Source: the human T2T-CHM13v2.0 reference genome, Homo sapiens. From it: a DNA stretch of 64,000 bases. The stretch lies in assembly GCF_009914755.1 (NCBI RefSeq), contig NC_060929.1, one strand, 5' to 3'. The notes under the pieces were generated by a model. The model ran no database searches. It was given only the letters and a program-made list of their open reading frames with translations, and was not told the origin of the DNA. Position 1 is the first letter of the stretch. Each line of letters opens with the position of its first letter. The position numbers and the translations under genes are program-made. This document shows, piece by piece, positions 13,111 through 28,296 of the stretch.

Positions 13111-15030
13111 TTTAAATCACATATCTTTACTTAAAAATGGAGTATTTTGGAAGGAAAAGCAGATGATATTTAAGTACACAAGTGGTATTCTTTTGTTCCT
13201 CATATAATAGAGCCCTTTACAAAAGTCGTTGCCTTCTAAGTGTGCAGTAAGCCTTTCATTCCTCAAATTCCCCAGAGGATTTAGTTGCAGTGCATGGCTC
13301 AGTTCTTAATAGGATTAACCATCGAGGTAGTACCTTGCTACGAGAACAACTCTTGAAGTATCCTTACAGTTATTGAAAATTAAAGGATTTGTTTTGATTA
13401 CTATGTTCGGTGCTAAAAGCAAACCTTTGTTTTGCACATTACAAATAGTAACAAAAAATTATCATGACATACGGGATTCTTATTTTAATTGAAAATAAAT
13501 TTTGTTCTTAGACTGTGCCAATCTGTTAATTAATTAGGGGGAGAGTAACGAAAGGGATGAAGGCATTTGTTGGCTGCTTCTGGAAATATTTATTTTTTAA
13601 TACAATAATTATGCTGATTTCTTGTTTAGACAGTGGTTATATTTACTGTTACTAGAGAATTTGCGTTTTAAAGGGTACAGTTCATGTCGGTAAGACTAAC
13701 ACAGTAATAAAAATAAAGTAAATTTTATTTTTTTATTTTGGAAGACTGGTATTATTTCTACTGGCACCGTATACAATGAGTATTTAGCTCTGAAATTGAT
13801 TTTGAATGTGTATCCCTCACTTTTGTTGATGCCATTAGATCTGACAGCAATATGATTAAAATACATTGTATGTATTTAAAAGTTTAGCACATAACCTTTT
13901 ATTTTAATAATCTAACAGCTTGATCTATTTAATGATTGTACTTTTAGAAAATACAAAACTATAATTATATATATGACATTTGGTATATGGGATCTTTAAT
14001 TTTCAAAATATTGCAAACACATGTTATTTCCACATTTCTGTATCCCTTCTTCACTTTCTTCTTCTAAAATATTCCACAAACAGTAAATTCCTTTTGATTG
14101 TAATGGCCTGCATTGAGTCACTGTGTGTATGTATGTGAGGGAGAAAGGATGTGTGTGTGCAGACACACAACGTGTATGAGTAGTGTGAGTGAGGGACAGA
14201 AATATGAATTATTTTAAAGAAATACAAAGTCGTTATTTTCAGCTAACTACAAATAATACATAGTGATGGCTAATACCGTGTTGATAAATAGAAGTCCAAT
14301 GGGAATTATTCTTAATGCAAAGATAGGAATCAATTCTGGCTATTGGTAAAGTGCTCATTTCAAACTGAATTCCCATAAAGCCCATTTAAAGGTGATCCAG
14401 AAGTGTTTATTCATGGACTGGATAGCTTACTGTGCTTACTGTGAAAATTTATCATAGACAACAGTGGTCAGGATTTGTGTATTTGGAAACCAAATTCCTT
14501 ATAAACAGAGCACCCTAAGCTTCCTTCTCTTTCTTTTGTAGTTGTACTGTATCGCTTTCAGTGGAATGCTGCAGTTAGTGTGTATTCTGCTGTCACTTTG
14601 TAGCTCTGGTCGTTTTCATCAAGGATGACTGAGTGTTGATGAACCATTAAGTGGTCCACTCACTTGATCTCTTTTCACTTGCTCACTTGAATAACTCTCC
14701 CTGGGTGGTGTGAGTGCTGGGCAAGGGAGTGCGGGAAAGAATTCATTTGCCTCCATATCAAGGAGTGAATATGATGAACAACTGGATGAATCTTTGAGGG
14801 ATATTGTGGGTGATAATTGAGAGGATCAGATCAACAATTAAATAGGTTTCTCATGGACAAAGGTTAAGTATGATAATTACTATATTACCAAACCAAGGAG
14901 TAGGATGGGGCATCAGTTAAGGGGAGCCAGCTTCCATACACAAAGGTCAGACTCTTTTGATGATTTAACAAGCATTCTTATTCCATGGGTTAGTTCCTAT
15001 CCACTCACATTTAAAAAGAGATGATGAGAA

Positions 15031-15267
15031 TTTTTTTTATTATACTGTAAGTTTTAGGGTACATGTGCACAATGTGCAGGTTTGTTACATGTGTATACAT
15101 GTGCCATGTTGGTGTGCTGCACCCATTAACTCGTCATTTAGCATTAGGTATACCTCCTAATGCTATCCTTCCCCCCTCCCCCCTCCCCACAACAGTCCCC
15201 GGAGTGTGATGTTCCCCTTCCTGTGTCCAAGTGTTCTCATTGTTCAATTCCTACCTATGAGTGAGAA
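15031..15267 (-). mobile_element. 5'-truncated primate L1 (L1PA3-5-like) 3' end
   Basis: 'ttattatactgtaagttttagggtacatgtgcacaatgtgcagg...cattaggtatacctcctaatgctatcc' is the L1PA 3' UTR. TSD TGAGAATTTT at 15025-15034 and 15262-15271. Confidence 0.95.
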
Positions 15268-16939
15268 TTTTATATATGTCCTTATATATTTCATGAACAA
15301 ATCAAATGTCCCAGAATGTTTCAATGCAAATCAAATTCCAAGCAACATCTTTTGGCAGTTTTTAATTTTTGTTAATGATTTCAAATTTCCTGAAAATGAG
15401 CCACGTACATCCCTCAAAATAAAGAAAATAATCAGCAAGGGATTCACAGTTTCTGGTGAGACCTACAGGTTTCTGCTTATACTAATCTTTCTTCAAAAAT
15501 GGTATTTTGTATTCTAAGCTATTCAGTAAATGATAACAGTCCTCATATGATTTAGTACTCATTTGATTGCACTCTAGGCCTCCATATGAGTACTATTTTA
15601 TATACTTTAGCAAAAGCAAATGAGTCTCAACTATCTATGAATTAATTATAATTACTGACCGATTTAATGTTTTCTTTTACATTCCTTTTTATATGTATTC
15701 ATCTAAAACAAACATTATTCTAGGCATGCAATAAACAATTATTAGTTCAAGTTGAAGTGATTCTGTATAAAATTGGTCTCGTATTTATTCATTCAGAAAA
15801 TAAGCAGGGAGAGGGTGCATATTTTAAAAACTTCAGTAATTTCTGTACCAGACAACCCTTAAGCAAAATAAGATTTGAACCTTTCAGAATTGCTTAATGA
15901 ATTGATATTACATGGAATACCATGTAATATTTCTAAACTTTTGCAGAATTTTTTTTCCTTTTTTTGAAGCCTTTGAACATAAGCTTTGTCACAGATCCTG
16001 CATTTGAATGTTGAAAATATGATTGTGTTTTGATTGACTTGGTGCATCTTTAAGATAGAAGCCACGTATTCTGAGCAAAGCCATGCCAACATTTGACAGA
16101 TTATTGTGGAAAGCTCTGGATGAAAGAGAGGGTGAGTTAAATTAATTGAAATGCTGTCTTAAAGAGTGGAAACTCCAAGATTCCATTTAACAAGAATAAG
16201 ACACTTTTTTGAATGGAAGTGGTTTTGGAGGGAATAAAACATATAAGAAAACCAAGGTGTGCTATTTTAAATTTATTCTAAGCATATCTTGTCATTACTC
16301 TTTGGCTGCCCATAATTTCTTTATGATGTTGGTCAGGATCACCAAAGACTATGCTCTGCTCATTCATCTCTAACATACACTCGACAGTTCTCTAATGTAT
16401 TGGTCATAACCACAGTGGATCTTCAGATCCTGAGGGATGTTTCAGGAGCCTCTGGATGTTTTGAAATATTTTTCTCCCAGCCCTTTCCTCCTAAGATCCA
16501 ACTTGGCTAGCTTGAGGATATCAATGAATTTCAAATAGCATTTGTGATGAGGCCACTTGCTCCACTGTATAAATTTGCCATTAAAAGCAAATAAAATGTG
16601 ACATCTTCCTCCTTCCTCTGGAGCTTGAGGACAACATCCACAGCACATGGTGGGTTCTGCACTGCACATTGGTCAAACACTTTCCTCAGGATAAAGGAAG
16701 TGAGGTGCATTGAACAACCATAACTTTAGTAGAGAGACTTCTTTACATAAGGAAGAGTTGTATTTTAGGCTGCTCGAATTTAACAGCATCACCGTTCTTA
16801 AGTGACATTTGATGTGTCTTTCTGAAGTTTAATAGTAGATGGCAAAATTGCAGGGGTTGGCTTGCAGCTTATATTTGAATACACCTTCCTTAGCATGGGA
16901 CCCAGGTCCTTAAACAGCATTAGTGCCCAGTCACAATCA

Positions 16940-17392
16940 TGCAGACTTCATAAATACACAGGACATCTGTGTTCTTTGTTCACCACCAGTATCGCCTGGG
17001 AAAGGGCTGTTCTGTAGAAAATAATGTGAGCCACATGCGTTATTGTAAATTTTTAATAGGCACATGATAAATAATGAGAGAGGAAAGCTGGTGAAATTAA
17101 TTGTATTAATATATTTTATTTAACCTGAGATACCAAACCTTATCTTTTTAATGTATAACCAAAGTAAAAATGTTATTGAGATATTTTGCATTTTTTATAT
17201 TAAATCTGTCAGATCTGGTATGTAATTTACACTTGCAGTGCATGTCATTGCAGAATACTCACATTTCAAATACTCATCAGCCACATGTAGCTGGTGGCTA
17301 CTATATTACACAGTGTAGACCTGGGGCTTGAAATGGTATCACATACATAATCATCACTCAATTAAATATTTCTCAAATAAATGAGTGAATAA
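16940..17392 (+). mobile_element. LINE-2 3' tail interrupted by MER33
   Basis: 'caggacatctgtgttctttgttcaccaccagtatc' lies left of MER33 and 'cactcaattaaatatttctcaaataaatgagtgaat' lies right of it. Confidence 0.55.
17002..17318 (+). mobile_element. MER33 (hAT-Charlie)
   Basis: 'gctgttctgtagaaaataatgtgagccacat...agccacatgtagctggtggctactatattacacagtgtag'. Degenerate 8-bp TSD gcctggga / acctgggg. Confidence 0.85.
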
Positions 17393-18748
17393 TATTAGTT
17401 GACTGGTTTTGGTATATACAGACCAAGTAATAATTTTCTGTGTTATAAAATTATTTTATTGTGAGTCCCAAATGCCTCATTATGAAATTTCTGTATTAAG
17501 TAATAGAGAGATCTTTTATGTGGACTTAGAATATTTCTTTTTGGAATAAGGCTGAAGTTCTAAAACAGTTATATGAACAGTAGAATGCAAAATAGCTTGA
17601 GTATTCTGAAATTCATTCGTTTGAACTCGTCATTTCATTTTCTTCTGCTGTGTGGAATGAAACTCATATGCTCGTATTTTTATGTCTGTGAAATATGTAT
17701 TTTTATTCATTAGAAAGAAGTCAACTAATTAGCATTTACTAATCTCCCATTCCTCACATTGTAATATCATTCTCTTTATATCTAAAGGGAAAATTGTTAA
17801 TATTTCTTTTAAGCCTATAAACTTAATTTCCATTAAGGGAGCTGGTAGTTTGAATGAAGATAACAACATCTTGCAAGTTTTATTCCTATTGTCTGGATTT
17901 TTATAGGTTTTTCTATATCGCTTTCATTTGTGGCATTTGTGTAAGATATGTAGTCTGGTGTTTGCTTAATTTTTCTGATTTATATGTTTAACGGTAGAAA
18001 AGTTCATCTAAATGATGCAAATTAAAGAATCTCCAAATCTTTCCCCAAATGTCAATAATGCTTAATTATTTTAAATTGCTCATCTGATATTACTTTTAAA
18101 TAGGGTATTTGAATATCTCAAATTTTCTACAAATATTAAATGGAAAGTCAAAATAATTTGATTGAATCAAAAGGGGACCCAGATTAACTGGCATCAATAA
18201 TCTAGAAAGTACATTTCCAATAGACAAAAAGCTTTGAAATAAAAATCAATGTATAGCATTGTCCTACTTATGCACAATTTTGTCTATTCCAAGTGAATTT
18301 ATTTATAGAGAGATGTCTAGAAGGATGCTCGCCAAAGTGTAAGCAGTGGTTATCATTGGCTGATGTGGTTTTGAATGATGTTTACTTAATTTTCATTTAG
18401 CTGAACCATTTAGATAGTTTTGTAATGATGCTAAAAAATATTCAAAAATAAGCTTGAAAATATAGATCAAATCGCACTGTCATCACAGAAAATTTGGCAT
18501 GTAAACTGTAACAGAAATTTCTGTTTCAGAAAAACTATAAATTTTGAGTTTGCCTAGTTCTGTCATTTAATTAATAAGGTATTTAATTTCAATCAACATA
18601 TAAACTTTATCTGATACATCTTAATGTAGATGAAAACCTAGTAAATAACATTTGTTAAATGTACCGTCTTAAAGCGTGTGCCATTTGTTATTGAATATCT
18701 GATGAGTGAATGTACTAGTCAAAAAATCTTTCTCATTTATTCATTTGA

Positions 18749-19073
<325 letters not shown>

Positions 19074-19179
19074 TCATTTGAGAAATATTGATGATGCAAA
19101 TAACAAAACATGGTGTGAGTTTGACAGTTTGGAAAGTAGTGGATTTTTATGTGACTCCATTTCACTAATCATAATAAAT

Positions 19180-19420
19180 ATTAATAATAGCTACTTTTTA
19201 TTATGTGCCATTGTGTTAAGTGAATAATCTATATAATCTTTACCACAACCCTTTGGGTTAGATATTATTATTATTGTTATTATCCCTATCTTGCCCAGGA
19301 GGAATCCAAGGAACACAGAGGATTATAACTTGTCTAGGATCATGTGACTGTTAAGCGTTTTTGTCAAGTGTGAAGACCAGGCACTTGAGCTGTAGAGCCT
19401 GGTGATTTAATCCTTACACT
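19180..19420 (-). mobile_element. MIR
   Basis: 'aataatagctac...ccacaaccct...attatccctatcttgc...gaggattataacttgtctaggatcatg' is an antisense MIR pattern. Confidence 0.65.
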
Positions 19421-21179
19421 GTACCCAGTGTACTACTGTGTTCACTGACGATGCTTGGTTTGTCTTTGATATTTTAGCAGCAGGCTTTTAAATGTTTTAA
19501 ATTTATAATTATATTATGTAGAATAACTAAGCACCTAACATTTTTCTATTGCCTAAAATGGACAGTTGTCTTATTATAGTTTTTTTACTATAGATAATTC
19601 TTAACTTATCTTTCGACTAAATTGGTGATCTAGCTGAGACAAGTGTCTGACCGTACTACAGGTTCCTCTGCACACAGGTCCCAGATGAAGTTCAGTGACT
19701 TGTCCAAGGCTTCACAGTTAGTCGGCGGGAAGGCACGCAAGCCCTGTGTGCTTCTATTTGTCAGGCATAATTATTTTATAAATTTGTACTATTCCTAATT
19801 ATAAAGGTAATTTTTTAAAAAATTCAACCCATTGGTGGAACTCCTTCAAAATATTCTTGCAATTTTATTTAGTAATAAAATTGTTAAATTGTGGCTCTTA
19901 ATAGCATTACAAACTAATATTCAAGAGAGTTTAAAGGATCAGAACTGCACAAGTGAGTAAACAGACTTGATTATAAGGACATCTAATTATTCCAAGGTAG
20001 GATATAATTAAGTGCTAAAGCTGTGTGATATAAAGACAATAAAGGCTGCAGTGTTTCTAAGGAGGGAATCAAAGAACCGTATTCCTTTGCTGGGCTCTGC
20101 TTGCCAAGTTGAAGACTTGAAAAGTAAAACAAAAACAAAGCAAGTTTACACAAGGTCTTATAGTGTTGTCTAGTCTTGTCAATTTGTCTTTTAAAGACAC
20201 ATAATCTTGATTAGTCAATCCTATACCTACCATTCTCATATAATCATATACCAAGGTAGCATATTAATAGTAAGGAAAGTAGCTTAAAAAGGAAAGCAAA
20301 AATAGATGGTAATTATCCTTGGTTGTGTGCCAGAAGCATCTTCTTTCGATATTACTGAATTTTGTATGGTAGGCATTGGCTTCCCATTTTACAGATAAGA
20401 AGATTGAGGCTCAGAGGATTTCAGGGACATTGAATGAGGTTGTGCTTATTAGTGAAGGAGATATCCAAATCCTAGTGTGCTGTGGTTTTAATTCCATTTT
20501 CCCTATTGAATTTTGACAAATCGCCCCCCCCCGCCCCCAACCCCCAACCGTCTGGAAAATCAGGATGCTAGCACTCAACGCTTTTATTCCAGATTGCCAG
20601 GTGCCTTTGTGGAGGGTAGAAGGGCTTCTCAGAGTGGTTGGGAAGATGCAGCCATCAGTCTTAAATTGCTGCTTGACCTTGTAAGGAGGGTGTCTAGGAA
20701 TATAGCATGCAGCTGTGGCTGGACAGGGGCACTCAAGATGGGTTCAGCCAAGCTTGCACTTCCCAGCTCATTAGAAAATCCTACACACTGCCTTGGACAG
20801 GCCAGACAAGGCGGGGCTCATTGTGTTGACATGTGGAGGAATACATTTAGCATCCAAGACGAGAATGACTTGAGCAAAACAGAGAAATTAGAGCTAATTG
20901 TTTTCAATTATTGTCACTCCCTCTTTATCAAGCCCTCTTTTTTCTTCCACTTTCTCACTGTCCTAGTTTTACTTGCCAGAAGAGGAGGAACTTAGTGAGT
21001 CACTTAATGATGTCTGGGTGTAGCTTAGTTTGATGTGTTGCCTTTTTTTGGCCTTGGTTGGTGCGGAGGGCAGGGAATTGCTTTGTACAAAGTCATCAGT
21101 CATTAGGAGATGAGCCCAACATGTCTGTTGATGAAGTTGAGACATGTAACCTTGGAATGGTGGTAACAACAGTGACAAG

Positions 21180-21330
21180 GACAGCAGACATGTACTGGAG
21201 GAGTTTTACGTGCCGGGCACTGTGCCAAGTGCTTTCACAGAATTTTATATTTTATCTTTGCAACAATTTCTATGAAATAGGGGCTATGATATTCCAGTTT
21301 TTAGATGATTAAACTTATTTGCTCAGAGCA
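21180..21330 (-). mobile_element. MIR fragment
   Basis: 'ttacgtgccgggcactgtgccaagtgctttc...caacaatttctatgaaatagg...ccagtttttagatga'. Confidence 0.7.
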
Positions 21331-21886
21331 AGTTCTGTTGGGATCACTGGGACCTTCCTGTTATATGATATACCCCACATGCTATTGACAATGGTATTAG
21401 CCAGTAAATATTTAAATGTAAAAGTCAGCAAAATCATGCTTAAGTTGGATGGATGAGCAAACTGTACATTTTAAGATGAAATAAATTATTTGTAAATCTG
21501 AAGAGCAAACATAAGGTCTGTATATTGCTAGAAAAATGCATTTGAACTATTCTCTCACTCTAATACTGTGTATTTCTGCATTTGTAGTATAAACTGCATC
21601 ATCGTTGAAGGATAACAAATAGATATTCTATAATTGTGGTAATGTATCTTAATAGAAATAGTGTGCCATAGTCAAAGTGACTTAACTAATCAATATGTTT
21701 TATACCATATTTTACATTCCTCTATTGAAAGGTATTCTTTAAGAGATAAGGTGTGCGATTTAGTCCATTTAGCTCCTAATTCCAACTTTCCTACATTTTG
21801 AAGATGTATGGTATTTATTTGCATTTTTTTGGGTTTGCTTTATATGCTCATTTGGATCTTACCTATTTTCTTTTTCATTTTAACAG

Positions 21887-22001
21887 TTACATCCAGCTTT
21901 TTAATTGCCTAAGCGGTCTGGGGCTTGCTTCGTCATTTGGCTTTGCTGTGGAGCACTCCTGTAAAGCCAGCTGAATTGTACATCGAAGATCCACCCTTTT
22001 G
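21887..22001 (+). other. Candidate spliced non-coding (5'-UTR or lncRNA) exon, 115 nt
   Basis: Long polypyrimidine tract 'cctattttctttttcattttaacAG' (AG at 21885-86) and strong donor TTG|GTGAGT (22002). GC-richer than its flanks. Stops in all three frames and no ATG. Confidence 0.7.
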
Positions 22002-23139
22002 GTGAGTGGAATCATAGCTACAATTTTGTGTTTTGCTCTGCCTCAAGTTGTGTTTGCATTGTTGATCAAAATGCTTTCATACAGGGCACAAAATAGGGCT
22101 TTTCCAGCTCTGTGCAGAAAAGGATTTTCTTTTTCTTATGGACAAAAGTAATTTGTACTGCCATTTTCTGTCTTTGAAATTTGCTATTGTCTCTCCCCCT
22201 CCCAACCCAATTGAATGACTTTACAATTCTTCAGTCGCATATCTGCCTCTTTTCTACCTGGATAGATCCCCCTGTGACTCCCCGCACCTCACCCCACCAA
22301 ATAATTTGGTCACCACATTTTTCTTATTTGCTATCTTCACATAGAAATAAACTGTGCTGGTTGTGATTAGCTAGGCTACATAGCATCACATCCTAGAGTG
22401 CAAAGGCCTTTTGGATGGAAAAACTTGGCCCTCTTGATCTGTTAAATGTTGTTAATCTATACAGGCCATAAGACAGAAAGCAAAGAGAAAATCATTAAGC
22501 TTTTCTCATGTTCCCGGTTAAATTGTTTCTGCTTTTATGGTCCCTGAACTGGTGTTCTCCATATATTTCGACGTCATCTGGCCCCCTATAACAAATGTTT
22601 CTCTCAGGTTCTTTCTTAAGACACCTACAACCATTTTCCCCTGGTCCTCTGCTGTTTAGATCTTGCTTTTATCTTTTTACAGATCAAATTCTGCCAAGAT
22701 GGCTCATTTTGGGGTGGAACAACTAAAGGGTTCTATAAGGACCATTAATGCACTATGCAATTTTAATTTGAAGTCGGGACATCTGACTTAGCTAGAACAT
22801 CAGCTACAGCATATTTTTAGTAAATTGAATATGTATAGGACTTTATGGTTAAGGATAAGGTGTAAGAGGAGATATTAAAAACTCATAAGTAATTAGACAA
22901 ACCAGTGGAAAATAGATCTGGATTAAATCCTTTTTCTTCTTTTTTTTAATTCTTGATTTCTAGCTGAAGTTTTTCTGCAAAAGCGAGACATTAGTGAAGA
23001 CTATGTCTTAGGTGGCCGAGGAAGTAGAAACGGTGGTAAGGACAGGGTGAAGACATGAACACTCTCATGATGGAGGTGTTCATAATACAATGATCAGCCT
23101 GGTTGAAACAGTCACTTTAGAAAGTACAGAAGGTGCAGA

Positions 23140-23240
23140 TTATATAATTCCTGAATGGGAATCTCATGAGGCTGTGGTGACAATTAAATGAGATGATGCA
23201 ATAAAGTACCTAGTCCAGTATTTAGACAAATAGTTAAGGA
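23140..23240 (+). mobile_element. MIR fragment
   Basis: 'tctcatgaggctgtggtgacaattaaatgagatgatgcaataaagtacctag' is the MIR core. Confidence 0.6.
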
Positions 23241-25468
23241 TAAAGGAACGTTGACAGCAGTTCTGGCTCCATTTTGATGGCGAAGTAATTGACGTCCAAG
23301 CAACATGTTTTAAATCTACCTGTCTACCACGGCTAGTTTTCCACATTCCTCTTGCTGGCTCCATACGTTTTCATGGGTGCGCGGCCTGAACAGGGAGAAT
23401 CTTCCATTAGGGTGGTAGCGGTTCTGTTAGGATTGTATTGTGCTTTCCTTCTGATACAGGCATTCAATTTAATAAGCAGTGCTCAGCACACCTTACCCTT
23501 CTCTGAAGAATAATTGTTCCCAGTGTCTTGGAGGCCAGCTTCAAATTGGCTGTGCAACCCTGCCTTGGTTAGAAGGCAAGGTGAATAGTTCACAGACCAG
23601 GTGCCATTCTTTCCTGGAAGCATCCCCTGGTGCCACTTGCTGTCGTAGAAGCTTGGGTCTGTTTTTGCTATTGTTCTTAAGGAACTCTAACCAAGTGGTT
23701 AGGAAATCCATTATAAATGCAGAGTTGTCAATTTTGGAAGAAATAGGAAGGCGTATGGTGAAACAGACCCAAGACTCTGGCATATCCTATGCTAACCCAT
23801 CTGTCCTCTCCCAGCAAGTAACAGACCAGAAAACTGCAGAGTTAGAGAGAGAGAGAGAGAGTTTCATGGGGGAGAACCTGGTAGAATGGAGCCTGCCATG
23901 GAGAATGAAGCCTTTGTTGAGGCTTCCTAGAGGGTTTCCCCGTTATACCCAACAACCATCCCTTATCTTCCTCTTGGTCGTTCATCATCCTAACCTCATC
24001 ATCTAATTTAATCTTCTAACTCAGTTTTCTGGTAAAATGTGACAAGACGGTTTTTTGGTGCAAGGTGATTGGGAAAGTAGGTAGAGGATGGTAAGGAATG
24101 GCATGGGGATGTGGGAAGAAAAAGGCAAGGCTACATGGTGCTGGGAACTTCCTTGAGAATAAAAGCAAATCTTAGAATCTCAAGTTCAGAGGATGAAAGC
24201 TTGAACAACTTGCTGAAGTTCTCAGGTGTTTTACAGTGACCTGGCTGACAAGCTGGCCTGCACATTCATTCAATTCTTTCATAACGTGTTGCCGTCATGT
24301 GATAGGGCAGTATTTTCATAATTCACTACTGCAACCAAAAATGTTTCCAATTATGGCTAAATAACAAGCCAGTCATTGATGCAGGGCCTGGCTTGCAGAA
24401 AACTCCTACGAACTTTTAGAAGAACTTCCTCCTGCTAACTGCCTGGCATTACATTTCATTGAACCTGTTTTCAAGAAATACCCACCTACTTGCAAAAGGG
24501 CCCTACAAGGCTTCTGCCCTCTGCTGCTCATTTAGAGTGTCATTCTGAGCTCTAGTAGAATAAATGAGAATAGCTTTGCCAGGCAATAAGGGGCTTTATA
24601 AACATAAGCCAGTCTTTTCCCAGGTTTTCAGTTCCCAGACCAGCCCTGGCTCTTTCCTTTTCATGTAAGCTTATGCCCGAAGTTTTAAATGCCATTCTCT
24701 TTGCTCTTTAAGAGGCAGTATCCTAAGGTATACAGCTTTTCTGGCCAGGGATCTACCTTAAACATAACATACAAAAAAATCAACCTTTTGCTTAATGAAG
24801 TTGTGTATAGAGTGGTTTTTATTCCATGTTGGATTCAGAGAAAACACTAGGTATAAATGTAGATTCTTATAGTTCTAGGGCAGCCGTACCTACTTTCAAC
24901 CAGACTAGGATGAAATGCAAGAAGTGCTTCTTTCATCTTCACTAAAAATATGATTTTTGTCTGTTTCTCATTGTTTAAAATATGAAGATAAAAGAGAAAG
25001 ACAGTAAAAAATCATAGGAAAAAATCCTAATATTTTTAAAGATTGCCTTTGATAAGAGCTACACAAAGCACATATTTTTCAATATTATTAAAATGAAACC
25101 ATACTTTAGGGAGAAGTTTGAAGAAAATCAAGAGACCTACATAGGGAATATGTTTTAGGCAATGCATCCTGCTGTGGCGTGATGTGTGGATTTAACTCCC
25201 TATCAGTAGAATACAAGCTGACATTTTCACTTTTCTTCCCGTTTAAATGGTTCATAATAGTCGCTATATACTAAATATATAAGTGACCAAGTCTCTTTTA
25301 AGAAATAAGATTAACGCATTTTTCTCTAATATAAAATCCATTTCCATATAAATACTTAAATTATTAGCACCCCCCTGTTGAAAGTATTACACTGAGCTCT
25401 TTTATCCTTTTCATTTTCTGTCAGCATAGAAACACCCTTTAATACTCAAAAGCTAACCTTTAAGATGA

Positions 25469-25852
<384 letters not shown>

Positions 25853-26846
25853 TAAAATAGAACTTAGTGTAACTAGAACTAATATAGGATGCCTGTGGTG
25901 TTTAAACTTAACAATTATCATGGGAAAATGGAGAAAGGAACAGCTATTAAATATATGTCATATACCATTTTTAAACTTTTTTTTCTTTTTAGCATAAATT
26001 ATGTTATTTAACCATCAAAAGTAAAGTCTTCTTTAATCCTGAAAACTGAGGTCCCAATAGGTTACATATCTTGCTCAAGTTTGTACAACTAGGAGGGAGG
26101 AAAAACGTATTTTGTCTTTCAGTCTGTTACTCCAGATCCTAATCCACTGTTTGCACTTTTTGGACAAGAAAATAATGAGATTATTCTAGAGAAAGACATA
26201 CATTATCATAAAGAATATGATCGGATAAGCCATGATTTAGTAAATTAATTATGTATTTTTAAATCATGCCTTGTTTGTTTAAATTCCCATTGTCACTTAT
26301 GCTGAAGTGAGAATAGTGTGCTCATTTATGTTTGTCAACTACCATTGGGTTGTGGATTTTGGTTTACAAACCTTTTAGTGTATGAATCAATAAGGTATTT
26401 GTAACATGAACTAAGAAAAGTAATTATAAAACATTACTGAAAATTTTAGGTAGCTCATTTGGAAAACTGAGCGGGAATCTCTTTGAATGGCTCACTTTAC
26501 TAGTATAAAACAGTTATAAAAAAGGCAAAGTAGTCCAGAGGTGTTTGTTGTATCATTGGAACTATGCAAACCAGGAGAAGCGAATAGAAAGGAGTTTGGG
26601 CAAAATCAAGCATTTTAACTAGGTGTTGAGAAAATATAAGAAAAATAAATTATAAATCTGTTTTGACTAGAACACTAAAAGATAAATATTAGATGTTAAT
26701 TTAATAGAAATTAAATATAATTATATATAATATAAACTATAAGTAAGTCAAAGGATTATAGTTAAGGTCAAGTGGGTATGTTTGTGTGTGTACATGCATA
26801 CCATACTCAGGTCAATAGAACATGGGTTACAAAAGTGGGAATGTTG

Positions 26847-27170
<324 letters not shown>

Positions 27171-27230
27171 GGCACGTTAATAAGGAGTATGGGTATAATA
27201 TTACAATCATATAGAGAAAGTAAATAAATA

Positions 27231-27846
27231 CCTTTAATTCTTGTTATTCCCAACAGTCATGTTCCTTAAAGTCTCTGTGAACACAAAATTAGCGAATACA
27301 GAACTATTGCTCCTCTGGCAAATAGAGTTAGGAAATGGCAAGCCTCTGGTCACAACATTTTCATCAAAAAACCAACAGATCAATATATAACCTTGCTTTT
27401 TGTGTGCTTCTGTTTAAAGACATCTTATTGAATATAAACTATTGATTTCTTAACATTGCAGTCATGGTCAATACAATACAACTCTTGCCTGAGAAAAGCT
27501 TCTCCAACACAGCCTTTTTGTGCTTAGGATCTCTAGACAGCACTGCAGTACCATGCTTGGGGGCCATGTTAGACAGCGATATCACAAACGCACAAAATAT
27601 GAAAAACGTGGGACTCCCTAGAGAGGGAAAAAGACACTTGTTTGCAGTGTGAGAGCTGAAACAACAAGGCAGAGGGTCACCTTGTTACACCTCAGCTGGA
27701 GCATGCATGCTGGATTATTCAAATATTTTGGCCCTCTGCACATGTCCATGAATGACCAAGAAAGTGCTATTAGTGTTCATTTTGGGGTTTCAAATAAATT
27801 TTAGTCCATGGGCAAATTCACAAATATGGAATCCACAAATACAATG
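27231..27846 (-). mobile_element. MER82-like TcMar-Tigger MITE
   Basis: 'attagcgaatacagaactattgctcc', 'gagagctgaaacaacaaggcagag', 'cctcagctgg' and 'aaattcacaaatatggaatcc' match the reverse of the recalled MER82 consensus. Confidence 0.75.
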
Positions 27847-27847
27847 C

Positions 27848-28296
<449 letters not shown>

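Noticed and set aside
20513-20995. 160-aa ORF with a Pro-rich start
   Set aside because: TTG start, the prolines come from a C-run, and I recognise no homology.
21887-22001. Assigning a gene symbol to the exon (a faint, unverified recollection of ESRRG 5'-UTR exons)
   Set aside because: I cannot verify it from the sequence and no coding exon is present to anchor it. A BLAT search is needed.
23479-24006. Longest ORF (175 aa) as a protein-coding gene
   Set aside because: Non-ATG start, no recognisable domain, runs through a (GA)n repeat, and has no convincing splice sites. Consistent with chance.
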